A stretch of DNA of 64,000 nucleotides from an uncultured Chloroflexia bacterium (GCA_963749705.1 CAVVNQ010000015.1:1-64000); one strand, 5' to 3'. Positions 9,121-18,645 are shown, counted from the stretch's first letter. Numbers and translations: made by a program. Notes: generated by a model not told the origin, from the sequence alone.

Positions 9121-11028
9121 ATGAGCGCCCTCCCCGGCATCGTCGCCAAGATCGCGCTGTTCCTGGTCACCGCCGTCATCGGCGCGACCGTCGCGACCGT
9201 GGCCGTCAGCGCGCTCAAGGACCACTCCCCGGTCTCGACCGCCGGCGAAGCGCCCGAGTTCATGCTCGCGGGCGCCCCGGACAGCCCGAGCGGTGAGCTC
9301 CCGGTCGCCTTCGACGTGTCCGAGAACCCCGCGGACGCCTCGCCCGTTCCCACGCTGGCGCCCGAGGACCTCGCCCTTGCCGCCAACGCGCTGATCGGCG
9401 CCGAGCCGGTCGTCGCGCTCAACCCGACCGGGTTCCCGAGAGTCCCACCGGTCACGCAGTTCGACGGCGGCCCGTTCCAGAACGCGAACTGCACGCTGGC
9501 CTCGGGCGCGATGCTCGCCCGGCTCGGGTTCGGGATCGTGACCACCGGCTCGATCCTGCGAACGCTCCAGGACGACCAGGACGGCGGCACCGGCCTCGAC
9601 GACCTCGGCGTCGCGCTGTGGCGCGGCTACGGCATCTCGTTCCGCGCGGGGTCGATCCGGACCGAGCAGCTCAAGAACCTGCTCGCCGCTGGGTACGGCG
9701 CCGTCGTCCAGGGGGACTACTCGAAGGTGCCCCCGCCGCTCCGCCTGCAGGCGTCGTTCACGGGCACCCACGCGATCTACCTCGACGGCTATTACCCGGG
9801 CGATCCGTCAGCCGGCAAGCCGCCGGCGTACTACGTGATCGACCCGCTCGGGCGGCCGCACGCCGGGTACCAGGGCGACTGGTGGCCGGCCTCGATCGTC
9901 GATGCCTTCGCGACGTCCTTCGGCGGGGGACGGGTCACCGCGATGTGGGGCTTCCCGCCGGGCGGGACGCCGCCGGACGTGGTCGGCGCGGACGTGCTGC
10001 CGATCCCCAGCTCGGGCGGGACCGGTCCGTCGCCCTCGCTCGCGCCCGGCGAGACCCCGGCGCCGAGCCTGGCGGCACCGCCGGAACCGGGCGATGAGGG
10101 CCCGCCCACCCCGGTCGCGCCGTCCGGGATCGACACCGCCGGCACGATCGGCGACCTCACGGTCAATCCGGTGTTCACGATCTGCTTCATCAGCCCGCCG
10201 CCCGCCGGCTGCCCGGACGGGGTCAAGGGGACGTTCCAGGTCGACCTGCCGGTGATCCAGGTCAAGCTCGGGCCAACGGTGCACGTCGTGTTCGTCGATT
10301 CGGACCGGCCCAACATCGCGATCGTGGGGTTCACCGTCGACCCACCAGCTGCAGGCACCGTCCACTTCTGGCAGGCGGACGGGACGCCGGCGACGATCGG
10401 GACGCCATCATCGATGTCGTCGATCTCGCTGTTCGGCAAGACGGTCCTGCTCGCCCGGCTGGACGTGCTGGCCTCGACCACGTATCGCTTCCAGGCGATC
10501 GCGGGCAGCGGGCTGTTCGCGGGCCAGAGCCCGGTCGGCGAGTTCACCACCGGCGGCGGGGTGGAGCAGTTCGACGTCTCGCTCTCGTCGGCATCGAACC
10601 CGGTGTTCAAGCTTGAGACCGGGCTGTCGCCGTACCTCCACGTGGCCGGCGACTCATATGCCAAGCCGATGATGCGGCTGTCCGATCTGAGCGGCTCGTC
10701 ATGCCAGGGGACCGCCAAGTACGGCGGTGTCGACTACTGCGTCGATATCGGGTCGGTCGCCGTGCCCACCTGCACGCGGGCGCAGGTGGCGTACTCGCTG
10801 GTGGGCATCGATGCCACAGGCGTCCTGGTCCGCGCCTACCCGGCGGTCGAGGGGGTGTCACCGGATGGTGGACCGGTGTTCGACGGCGTGCTCGAGGCGA
10901 GCGGATCGGCGCCGGCGGGGAGCGTGAGCCTCGGCTGCCTGACCTCCGGGCTGTCGTACTACATCGTGATCGATGCGGTGGGCGACGCCGCCGGCGTGCT
11001 GGCGTCGAAGACGGTGGCCGTGCCGTAG
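9121..11028 (+). CDS. Membrane-anchored papain-like (C39-like) cysteine peptidase with C-terminal beta-rich domains
   Basis: QFDG..QNANCTLASGAM (Cys), GTHAIYL (His), YYVIDP (Asp); N-terminal TM/signal. Confidence 0.7.
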   Translation: MSALPGIVAKIALFLVTAVIGATVATVAVSALKDHSPVSTAGEAPEFMLAGAPDSPSGELPVAFDVSENPADASPVPTLAPEDLALAANALIGAEPVVALNPTGFPRVPPVTQFDGGPFQNANCTLASGAMLARLGFGIVTTGSILRTLQDDQDGGTGLDDLGVALWRGYGISFRAGSIRTEQLKNLLAAGYGAVVQGDYSKVPPPLRLQASFTGTHAIYLDGYYPGDPSAGKPPAYYVIDPLGRPHAGYQGDWWPASIVDAFATSFGGGRVTAMWGFPPGGTPPDVVGADVLPIPSSGGTGPSPSLAPGETPAPSLAAPPEPGDEGPPTPVAPSGIDTAGTIGDLTVNPVFTICFISPPPAGCPDGVKGTFQVDLPVIQVKLGPTVHVVFVDSDRPNIAIVGFTVDPPAAGTVHFWQADGTPATIGTPSSMSSISLFGKTVLLARLDVLASTTYRFQAIAGSGLFAGQSPVGEFTTGGGVEQFDVSLSSASNPVFKLETGLSPYLHVAGDSYAKPMMRLSDLSGSSCQGTAKYGGVDYCVDIGSVAVPTCTRAQVAYSLVGIDATGVLVRAYPAVEGVSPDGGPVFDGVLEASGSAPAGSVSLGCLTSGLSYYIVIDAVGDAAGVLASKTVAVP

Positions 11029-11100
11029 GACGTTCCTGGCGAAGGCGCCCGCCGCTCGAGCCGCAAGCGCGCGGTGAGGCGCCGCGGGCATCCTGCACGG

Positions 11101-11874
11101 ATGGACGACGCAAGCGTGGGCCGCGCACTCCGGTCGATCCGGCGTCACCAGCGCCTCCGACAGCGGGACGTCGCGGCGCGGGCCGGGCTCAGCCAGCAGG
11201 TCGTGTCCGATCTCGAGTCGTTCGGGCTCGACCGCGTATCGGTTGCCGTGACGCGTCGCGTTGCCATCGCGCTCGGGGCCGAGCTTTCGGTCTCGGTCCG
11301 CTGGCGCGGCGCGCAGGTCGATCGCGTGCGCGACGAAGGGCATGCGGAGGTGGTCGCCGAGGTGGCGGGATGGCTCGAGGCCGCCGGCTGGTCGATCGCG
11401 GCCGAGGTGACCTATGCCTGGTATGGCGAGCGAGGGTCGATCGACCTGCTGGCATTCCATGCGAGATCGCGGATGCTGCTCGTGGTCGAGGCGAAGACCG
11501 AGATCGCCTCGGTCGAGGAGACGCTTCGGAGGCACGATCAGAAGGTCCGGCTGGCCGATCGGATTGCGCGGGAGCGATCGGGGTGGTCGGCGAGCGACGT
11601 GACGCGGCTGCTCGCCGTGCGTGACACGCGAACCTCGCGGCGCAGGATCGAGCGCCACGGCGGTGTGTTCGGACGCACCTACCCGATGCGCGGCTGGGCG
11701 GCGAGAGGCTGGCTGTCGTCGCCGGCACCGACGCCGGGTCTGCTGCTGTTCGTGTCATGCACCGCGCGTCCCGGTGCTAGACAGGGTTCTGCCACGCTCC
11801 AGCGTGTCCGCCACCCGCGATCACGCACGGCGGGAGTGTCGGCGGCGTCGCGAACCGGCCCCGGACCGGTCTAG
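11101..11874 (+). CDS. XRE-type HTH fused to a PD-(D/E)XK restriction-endonuclease-like domain
   Basis: LRQRDVAARAGLSQQVVSDLE HTH; E..GSIDLLA..LLVVEAKT nuclease motif; ATG 6 nt after CATCCT. Confidence 0.8.
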   Translation: MDDASVGRALRSIRRHQRLRQRDVAARAGLSQQVVSDLESFGLDRVSVAVTRRVAIALGAELSVSVRWRGAQVDRVRDEGHAEVVAEVAGWLEAAGWSIAAEVTYAWYGERGSIDLLAFHARSRMLLVVEAKTEIASVEETLRRHDQKVRLADRIARERSGWSASDVTRLLAVRDTRTSRRRIERHGGVFGRTYPMRGWAARGWLSSPAPTPGLLLFVSCTARPGARQGSATLQRVRHPRSRTAGVSAASRTGPGPV

Positions 11875-11930
11875 CACCGGCTCTCGCGGTGGGTGACAGC
11901 AGATTCGGGCGATCCGGCGGGTAGCACCGC
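11752..11930 (+). repeat. Structured repeat family A, copy 1 (overlaps the 3' end of the HTH-nuclease gene)
   Basis: IR CCGGTGCTAGAC (11771-82)/GTCTAGCACCGG (11869-80) extended by TGTCA/TGACA; tail GCGATCCGGCGGGTAGCACCGC. Confidence 0.7.
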
Positions 11931-11940
11931 ACCGGGCGGT

Positions 11941-12012
11941 GCGCGACGGGAGCGGCGGGGCCGAGGGGCGCGACGGGAGTGGCGGCGGCGGGAGGCGCGA
12001 CGGGAGCGGCGG
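11941..12012 (+). repeat. Short degenerate tandem repeat GCGCGACGGGAG(C/T)GGCGG x3
   Basis: Read directly. Confidence 0.75.
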
Positions 12013-12050
12013 CTCCGGCCGACCCCGAGCCGAGACCGGCCGCTCAACCC

Positions 12051-13163
12051 TCAGAACGTCACGATCTGGCGAGCGGCGCGGCCGGCCCGGAGCCGGTCGA
12101 AGGCGTCCTCGAGATCGGCGAGCGGCAGGCGGCGGTCGATGAGGCGGTCGATCGGCAGCCGGCCGGCGAGATACGCCTCGGCGTACGCGGGGAAGTCGAC
12201 CGCGGCGACCGCCGAGCCGTAGTTCGAGCCGAGGATCCGGCGGCCGCCGTCCACGAACGGGAACGACTCGAACGAGGCTCGCTCGCCGAACCGGGTGAGG
12301 CCGACCAGCACCGCGGTTCCGCCGGGTGGCAGCGCGGCGATCGCCTGGTCGATCGTCGCTGGCAGCCCGATCGCCTCGAACACGAACTCGGGGCCGCCGT
12401 CACCCGCCGCCTCGCGGATCGCGCGGATGTTGACGGAGGGATCGACCGGGTCTGCCGCGATCACGTGCGTGGCACCGAGCACCGAGGCGAGCTCGAGCTT
12501 GGCGGGATTGACGTCCACCGCGACGATCCGCCGGGCGCCCGCCAGCACCGCGCCCATCACGCACGACAGGCCCACGCCACCCAGCCCGATGACGGCGACG
12601 GACGCACCGGCGGGGACCGCGGCCGTCTTGACAACCGCGCCGACGCCGGTGGACACCCCACACCCGATCAGCGCCGCGACCTCCGGGGGGACCCCATCCG
12701 GCATCGGCACCGCGGCGGTCACCGGCACGACCTGCGCCTCGGCCATGGTCCCGATCGAGAGGTAGGCGAGCACCGGCGATCCGTCAGCGCGGGCGAGCCG
12801 CGTGGAACCATCCGTCTGCGCGTGACGCAGCGACGGCGAGCCCGAGCACAGCCATTGCCGGCCGCGCTGGCACTCGCGGCAGCGCAGGCACGGCGCGTAC
12901 CACGACAGCGCCACGGATCGCCCGATCAACGTGCGATCGCCGCCATCGCCCACCGCCTCGACCACCCCGGCGCCCTCGTGACCCATCACGATCGGGCCGG
13001 GTCGCTCCCAGTGGCCGTCGCGGACGTGGAGGTCCGAATGGCAGACGCCCGCCGCCGTCATCCGCACCAGCAGCTCGCCCGGTCGCGGATCGGCGAGCTC
13101 CAGCTGCTCGATCACCGTTGGCAGGCCGGCACGCTCGATGACGGCCGCCTGGATGTGGCGCAT
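12051..13163 (-). CDS. Zn-dependent alcohol dehydrogenase (MDR, class III-like)
   Basis: GVCHSDLH, GHEGAG, CLRCRECQRG..C, GLGGVG. Confidence 0.92.
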   Translation of the reverse strand: MRHIQAAVIERAGLPTVIEQLELADPRPGELLVRMTAAGVCHSDLHVRDGHWERPGPIVMGHEGAGVVEAVGDGGDRTLIGRSVALSWYAPCLRCRECQRGRQWLCSGSPSLRHAQTDGSTRLARADGSPVLAYLSIGTMAEAQVVPVTAAVPMPDGVPPEVAALIGCGVSTGVGAVVKTAAVPAGASVAVIGLGGVGLSCVMGAVLAGARRIVAVDVNPAKLELASVLGATHVIAADPVDPSVNIRAIREAAGDGGPEFVFEAIGLPATIDQAIAALPPGGTAVLVGLTRFGERASFESFPFVDGGRRILGSNYGSAVAAVDFPAYAEAYLAGRLPIDRLIDRRLPLADLEDAFDRLRAGRAARQIVTF

Positions 13164-13178
13164 CTCGATCGCCTCCCG

Positions 13179-16163
13179 CTACCCGGTGTTCTGGACGCCC
13201 GCGGCGATGCCGTTGATGGTCGCTCCCACGACCGCGCGCACCGCCCGGGAGTCGGCCGCCGGCAACGCGGGGTCCCGGAGCCGGCCGAGCAGCTCGACCT
13301 GGACCGCCGACAGCGCGTCGACGTACGGGTTCCGGAGCTCGATCGAGCGGGCCAGCGTCGGGTGCCCGGCGAGCAACCGGTCCCGGCCGGTCACCAGCAG
13401 CAGCAGCCGGACCGAGCGCGCGTACTCGGCCTCGATCATGCCCCGGATCGCGATCGCATCGGCGCCGTCCGCGAGGTCCGCGTAGCGGCGGAACGTGCCC
13501 AGGTCCGCCTTGGCCAGCGACAGCTCGGCGTTGTCGAGCAGCGACGTGAAGAACGGCCACCGCCGATACAGGTCCGCCAGATGCTCGACCGCGTCGCGCC
13601 CGCCGCGCGTCGCGAACGCGTCGAGGGCCGTTCCCAGGCCGTACCAGCCGGGCAGGTTGGCCCGGGCCTGGGACCAGGCGAACACCCAGGGGATCGCGCG
13701 CAGGCTGGCGATGTCCATCGGCGGTGCGGCACCGGCGGATCCGCCCGGTCGCGAGGTGGGCCGCGACCCCAGGCCGAGCCCCGCGATGAGGTCGATCGGG
13801 GTGGCCGCGCGGAAGAACGACGCAAACTCGGGTCGCTCGACGAGCGCCCGATAGGCCGTGGCCGAGATCGCCGTGAGCTCGGTCATCGTGCTCGCGCCGA
13901 TCGCTGCCGCCGCCGCGGTTGCCCGCTCGTGCTCCGGGGTGGAGGCGATCACCGCCGCCGCCGTGACCTGCTCGAGGTGGCGCTGCGCGATGGACCCGTC
14001 CGCGAAGTGCGCGGCGATGACCTCGCCCTGCTCGGTGAACTTGAGGCGACCGCCGACCGACCCTGCGGCCTGGGCGAGGATGCCCCGGTTGGCGGGACCG
14101 CCCCCGCGGCCGATCGCGCCGCCGCGCCCGTGGAACAGGACCAGCGTGACGCCGTGGTCGCGGGCCGCCGCGACCAGCGCCTGCTGCGCCCGGTACAGCA
14201 GCCAGTTCGCGGCAAGGAAGCCGCTCTCCTTGGACGAGTCCGAGTAGCCCAGCATCACCTCCTGGGTGTCGCCGCGCTCACGGAGATGGGCGCGATACGC
14301 GGGATCGGCGAGCAGCGCGTCGAGCAACGTCCGCGCGCCATCGAGCGCCTCGGCCAATTCGAGCAACGGGACCACGTCGAGGATCGGCAGGGCCGCGGGC
14401 AGGCCCGCCAGCGCCGGCGCGGGCGATGGGAACGCATCGGCTGCGGCCGCACGCCGGGCGAGCTCGATCACGTTGGCGACGTCATCGACCGTGGTCGTGA
14501 ACGAGATCACGTATCGACGGCAGGCCTCGACGCCGAACCTCGCCTGGATCCGCGCCACGGCGCGGAACGTGGCCAGGACCTCGGCCAGCGACACGCCGGC
14601 GGTGACCTCGGCATCGGGTCCGGCACCCTCGTCGAGCATCGCCAGCGCCCGGCGGTGGACCGCGGCGTGCTGGCGTACCTCGAGCGATGCGAGGTGGAAC
14701 CCGAACACGCCCAGCTGCCAGCGAAGGTCCGCGATCTCGCCCCAGGCCACCCGGCCCAGCCCGTCGGCGGCGAGCGCATCCTGGACGACGACCAGCTCTG
14801 CGTCGAGCGTCGCGGGCTCGCCGTAGCCGCCGGATCTGGGCGCGGTCTCATCGGTCAGGGCGGCTCGCGTGCGCCGCAGCCGCTCCGCGATCGCCCCCAG
14901 CCGCTGCCGATATGGCTCATCCGGGAACCGGCGCCGGAGCTGGCGCACGACGTCGGGCAGCTCCTCGGCATCGCGGGCGAGCGCGCTGCCCAGCGCCCGG
15001 TCGAGGCGGTCGGGCGACACCCGTGCGGCGATCGTCTGCATCAGCCGCCCGGCGACGGCCTCGTAGCCGCGCAGCAGGTGGTCGGCCTGCAGCCTCGCGG
15101 CGTGGAGCGTGGTCTCGGCGGTGACCCCCGGGTGGCCGTCGCGATCGGACCCGATCCAGGAGCCGAGCCGCAGGATCGCGGGCGTGGTCACCGGCCGGGT
15201 GCCGGTCCGCCCGTCATCGGTCGCGAGGGCCTGATGGGCGCCGCCCGGGCCAGCGGCGTTGCCGGGCGCGCCGCCAGGGTGAGCGGGGTTGCTGGGAGCG
15301 TCGGCGGCGCCCGGATCGATGGCAGCGCCCGGGTCCGCCAGACGTGCCGCATCCAGCGCGCGATCGACGGCGCGGTGGAACCTCGGGACCACCGTGAACA
15401 GCGTCTCGTCGAAGATCGCGAGCGCGGACCGGACCTCGTCGAGCGGTGCGGGCGTGACGGTCCGCAGGTCGCCGGTGTGCCACAGGATCGTGATCTCCTC
15501 GCGCAGGCGCCGACGCAGGTCCGCGTCCTCGTCGGGGGTCGTGAGCGCGTCGTCGAGCGTGTCCAGCAGCCGCCGGATCCGGCGCAGCGCGACGAGCAGG
15601 GTGCGTCGCCGGGCCTCGGTCGGATGGGCGGTGAGCACCGGATGGACGACGACCCGCCGGAGCATCGCCTCGACGCCCGCGGCGCCGTGGACCGGTCGGA
15701 GCCGCTCGACCGCCTCGGCGACCGAATCGTCGATCGAGCCGCTCCGCGCGGCGCGCGCCCGCCGCCGGAGCGTCCGGATCCGCTGCCGCTCTTCCGCGAG
15801 GTTGACCAGCTGGAAGTAGAGCGTGAACGCCCGCGCCACGGCCGCGGCGTGCTCGAGGTCCAGCCCCGCGATCTCCGCGGCCAGCCGCTGCCGCTCGACG
15901 TCCGGCTCGATCCTCGGCTCGCCCGCCTGCCGGAGCGCGATGGTTCGGCGGCGGATCCGCTCGACCAGCGCGAACTGCTCCGGGCCGTCCTGCTCGGCGA
16001 TCACCTGGCCCAGCAGCGCGCCCAGCAGCCGGACGTCGCGGGCGAGCGGGTCGCGGGCACGTCGCAGCCCCGGTCCGGCGGGCTCGGCAGCCACCGCCGG
16101 AAAGGCGGAGCGCCGGCCGCCGACGGGCGTGGGGCGGGCGGAGCGAGGATTCCTGGCAGGCAC
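13179..16163 (-). CDS. ppc: Phosphoenolpyruvate carboxylase
   Basis: VLTAHPTE, SWIGSDRDGHP, QEVMLGYSDSSK, FHGRGG.IGRGG, SLRAIPW, C-terminal QNTG. Confidence 0.97.
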   Translation of the reverse strand: MPARNPRSARPTPVGGRRSAFPAVAAEPAGPGLRRARDPLARDVRLLGALLGQVIAEQDGPEQFALVERIRRRTIALRQAGEPRIEPDVERQRLAAEIAGLDLEHAAAVARAFTLYFQLVNLAEERQRIRTLRRRARAARSGSIDDSVAEAVERLRPVHGAAGVEAMLRRVVVHPVLTAHPTEARRRTLLVALRRIRRLLDTLDDALTTPDEDADLRRRLREEITILWHTGDLRTVTPAPLDEVRSALAIFDETLFTVVPRFHRAVDRALDAARLADPGAAIDPGAADAPSNPAHPGGAPGNAAGPGGAHQALATDDGRTGTRPVTTPAILRLGSWIGSDRDGHPGVTAETTLHAARLQADHLLRGYEAVAGRLMQTIAARVSPDRLDRALGSALARDAEELPDVVRQLRRRFPDEPYRQRLGAIAERLRRTRAALTDETAPRSGGYGEPATLDAELVVVQDALAADGLGRVAWGEIADLRWQLGVFGFHLASLEVRQHAAVHRRALAMLDEGAGPDAEVTAGVSLAEVLATFRAVARIQARFGVEACRRYVISFTTTVDDVANVIELARRAAAADAFPSPAPALAGLPAALPILDVVPLLELAEALDGARTLLDALLADPAYRAHLRERGDTQEVMLGYSDSSKESGFLAANWLLYRAQQALVAAARDHGVTLVLFHGRGGAIGRGGGPANRGILAQAAGSVGGRLKFTEQGEVIAAHFADGSIAQRHLEQVTAAAVIASTPEHERATAAAAAIGASTMTELTAISATAYRALVERPEFASFFRAATPIDLIAGLGLGSRPTSRPGGSAGAAPPMDIASLRAIPWVFAWSQARANLPGWYGLGTALDAFATRGGRDAVEHLADLYRRWPFFTSLLDNAELSLAKADLGTFRRYADLADGADAIAIRGMIEAEYARSVRLLLLVTGRDRLLAGHPTLARSIELRNPYVDALSAVQVELLGRLRDPALPAADSRAVRAVVGATINGIAAGVQNTG

Positions 16164-16228
16164 CGGCTAAGGATCGCCGACCGGGGGAACCCCCGTCACG
16201 CGCCCGACGGTTACGGTTCGACTGCAAG

Positions 16229-16255
16229 GGCACCGTCCCGGTACCGGCTCGCAAC
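16229..16255 (+). promoter_or_regulatory. 11-bp-periodic direct repeats GGCAC-n6-GGTAC-n6-GCAAC (OmpR/GlnR-box-like) upstream of the kinase-regulator operon
   Basis: Read directly; similar sites at 25715-25730 and 19315-19330. Confidence 0.5.
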
Positions 16256-16298
16256 CGTCGTCGGTGGCGGTGCGGCCTACGCTTGTATGGTGATCCCG

Positions 16299-17564
16299 AT
16301 GTCGACGCTCGAGAACGCGCACCGCGCCGCCGATCCCGTCGAGGACCTCCGGTTCCTGCACGGCATCCTCAAGCTGGCCACGACGGCGAGCACCTGGGAG
16401 GCGCTGCTCGCGACGGTCGTCGACGGGACGCGGGATGCGCTGCGCGCCAATGTGTCGTCGCTGTACCTCCTCGACCGCGACGGTGCGACGCTCACGCTCG
16501 CAGCGACGACCGGCCTCGACCGCCACCAGATCGGGCGCGCCCGGGTGCCGTTCGGGGAGGGGATCACGGGCCGGGTGGCTGCCGCCCGGCAGCCGATGGT
16601 GATCCCGGATGTCCGGTCGGACACCCGGTTCCTGTGGGTCCGAGGTCTCGACCAGCGACGCTTCGTGGCATCGATGCTGTCCGTGCCGCTGATGTGGGAC
16701 GACCAGGTCGTGGGCGTGCTCAACGTCCAGACCGAGCAGCCGCGCACGTTCAGCGGAGCCGACGCGGACCAGCTGTCGGCGATCGCCGACCTCCTGGCCG
16801 GGATCGTGGAGAAGGGCCGGCTGCGGCGCGAGGCGGAGGCCCAGGTCGAGCAGCTCAAGGCGCTTGACCAGGCTCGGAGCGAGCTGATCGCGCTGGTGAC
16901 CCACGAGCTTCGGACGCCGCTGGCCGTCGTCCGCGCCTACACGGACCTGCTCGCGGAGGAGCCACCGCTGGCCGGCCGCGCGTCACGCGATCCGCAGCGG
17001 CGCAAGACCCGCGCCGCCTGGCACGAGGGAACCCTGGAGCAGATCGAACGGCTCAACCGGCTCGTGGATTCGATCCTCGAATCCGTGCGCGTCGTCCCGG
17101 ACCAGGCACCGGCGCTCCAGACGGTGGACCTGGAATCCCTCGTGGGCGAGCTGCTGGCCGAGCTCTCGCCGCTCCTCCATCGCCACCAGGCGACCCTCGT
17201 CCGTTCGCCCAGGCATCCCGTGGTGGCGGATCCCTCCCGGCTGCGCCAGGTGCTCGAGCACCTGCTCGAGAACGCCGTCAAGTACGCACCACCCGACACG
17301 CGGGTGACCGTCGAATGGTCGCTCGTCGAGGGCATCGTCCGGATCGCGATCACCGACGAGGGTCCCGGCATCCCGCCCGAGTGGCGCGACCGGATCTTCG
17401 AACCATATGCGCGGCGCGAGACGCAGACGGCGAGGGGGTCCGGCATCGGGCTCTACGCAGCCCGCCGTCTCGCGGAATCGATGGGAGCCCGGCTGTGGTG
17501 CGAGCCGGCGCCCGCCGGCGGGGCGAGGTTCGTGCTCGCGCTGCCGGCCGCCGTCGCCGTCTGA
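16299..17564 (+). CDS. Cytoplasmic GAF-domain sensor histidine kinase
   Basis: GAF (SLYLLD..LAATTGL..GEGITGRVA..SVPL..GVLNVQ); THELRTPL H-box; ENAVKY, DEGPGIP, GSGIGL. Confidence 0.92.
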   Translation: MSTLENAHRAADPVEDLRFLHGILKLATTASTWEALLATVVDGTRDALRANVSSLYLLDRDGATLTLAATTGLDRHQIGRARVPFGEGITGRVAAARQPMVIPDVRSDTRFLWVRGLDQRRFVASMLSVPLMWDDQVVGVLNVQTEQPRTFSGADADQLSAIADLLAGIVEKGRLRREAEAQVEQLKALDQARSELIALVTHELRTPLAVVRAYTDLLAEEPPLAGRASRDPQRRKTRAAWHEGTLEQIERLNRLVDSILESVRVVPDQAPALQTVDLESLVGELLAELSPLLHRHQATLVRSPRHPVVADPSRLRQVLEHLLENAVKYAPPDTRVTVEWSLVEGIVRIAITDEGPGIPPEWRDRIFEPYARRETQTARGSGIGLYAARRLAESMGARLWCEPAPAGGARFVLALPAAVAV

Positions 17565-17581
17565 GGGAAGGGAGTCAATCG

Positions 17582-18301
17582 ATGATCGGAACGAGGCCGC
17601 TGCGGATCCTGGTGGTCGACGACGACCCGGCGATGGTCGGGGCGATCACCGCGCTGGTGGGCACCGAGGGCCACCAGGTCATCACCGCCTACGACGGCCT
17701 GACCGCCGTCAAGCGGTTCCGCGAGGAACGGCCGGACCTCGTGCTGCTCGACCTTGCGATGCCCGGCCCCGACGGGTTCACGGTCATCGGCCAGCTGCGG
17801 GCGACGGGCAACGTGCCCGTGCTCGTGGTCTCGGGCGAGAGCGCCGAGGCGGCCAAGGTCAAGGCGCTCGGGATCGGCGCCGACGACTATCTCGTCAAGC
17901 CGTTCGGCAAGCAGGAGCTGCTGGCCCGCATCTCCGCGGTCATGCGGCGCGTGGACCTGGCCGGCACCGGCCGGGCGCCGGGCGAGGGCAACCCCGGGAT
18001 CCTCACCGCGGGCTCGCTCGTGCTCGAGCCGGCCCGCCACGAGTCGCGCGTCGGGGAGATCAGCCTGAGCCTGACGCCGACCGAGTTCCGATTGCTGGAG
18101 GCGCTGGTCCGCGCGGGCGGCGACCTCGTCGCGCACCACCGCCTGGCACGCGCCGGCTGGCCGGCCGAGCCCGATCCGGACCTGCTGTGGCTCAAGCCGC
18201 ATCTCGCCCGGCTGCGTTCCAAGCTGGAGGCGGTCGGCGGGCCGCGGATCGTCGCGGTCAGGTCGGTCGGCTACCGGATCGAGGCCGACGAGCCGGCGTA
18301 G
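17582..18301 (+). CDS. OmpR/PhoB-family response regulator
   Basis: ILVVDDD, DLAMPG, GADDYLVKPF, LTPTEFRLL, VRSVGYR; AGGGAG RBS. Confidence 0.95.
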   Translation: MIGTRPLRILVVDDDPAMVGAITALVGTEGHQVITAYDGLTAVKRFREERPDLVLLDLAMPGPDGFTVIGQLRATGNVPVLVVSGESAEAAKVKALGIGADDYLVKPFGKQELLARISAVMRRVDLAGTGRAPGEGNPGILTAGSLVLEPARHESRVGEISLSLTPTEFRLLEALVRAGGDLVAHHRLARAGWPAEPDPDLLWLKPHLARLRSKLEAVGGPRIVAVRSVGYRIEADEPA

Positions 18302-18463
18302 GGCCAGGCTCGGGCGTCGCCGATCGCCGGGGCGAACGTCCCGCGGCGCCACGTGCCGCGGCGCCGCTGCCGCTCGGCGCCGTCCCGACCCGCTGCGCCC
18401 AGTGCCGTCGGCGCCGCCGCCGCCGCTCGGCGCCGTCCCGCGGCGCCGTCCCGCGGCGCCCAG

Positions 18464-18645
18464 GTTCTGCCAGCCACCGCCGGGCCTGGTGGTAGTCAGG
18501 GTTCTGTCACGTCTCAACCCGACTCGCGGCGCTCTTCCCGCACGAGTCGGCTTCGATCTGGGGCCACGGCACGCGTCGGAGCGGACTATCACCGCGGGCG
18601 GCGGTACCTGACAGGACTTTGCCGCGATCCGGCGGTTAGCACCGC
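18464..18645 (+). repeat. Structured repeat family A, copy 2 (no associated gene)
   Basis: GGTGGTAGTC..GACTATCACC arms, AGGGTTCTGTCAC, tail TGACAGGACTTTGCCGCGATCCGGCGGTTAGCACCGC. Confidence 0.7.

Noticed and set aside
11979-16298. Apparent 1861-aa ORF ending in a histidine kinase
   Set aside because: The first 1440 codons are antisense to adh and ppc; the real kinase starts at about 16299.
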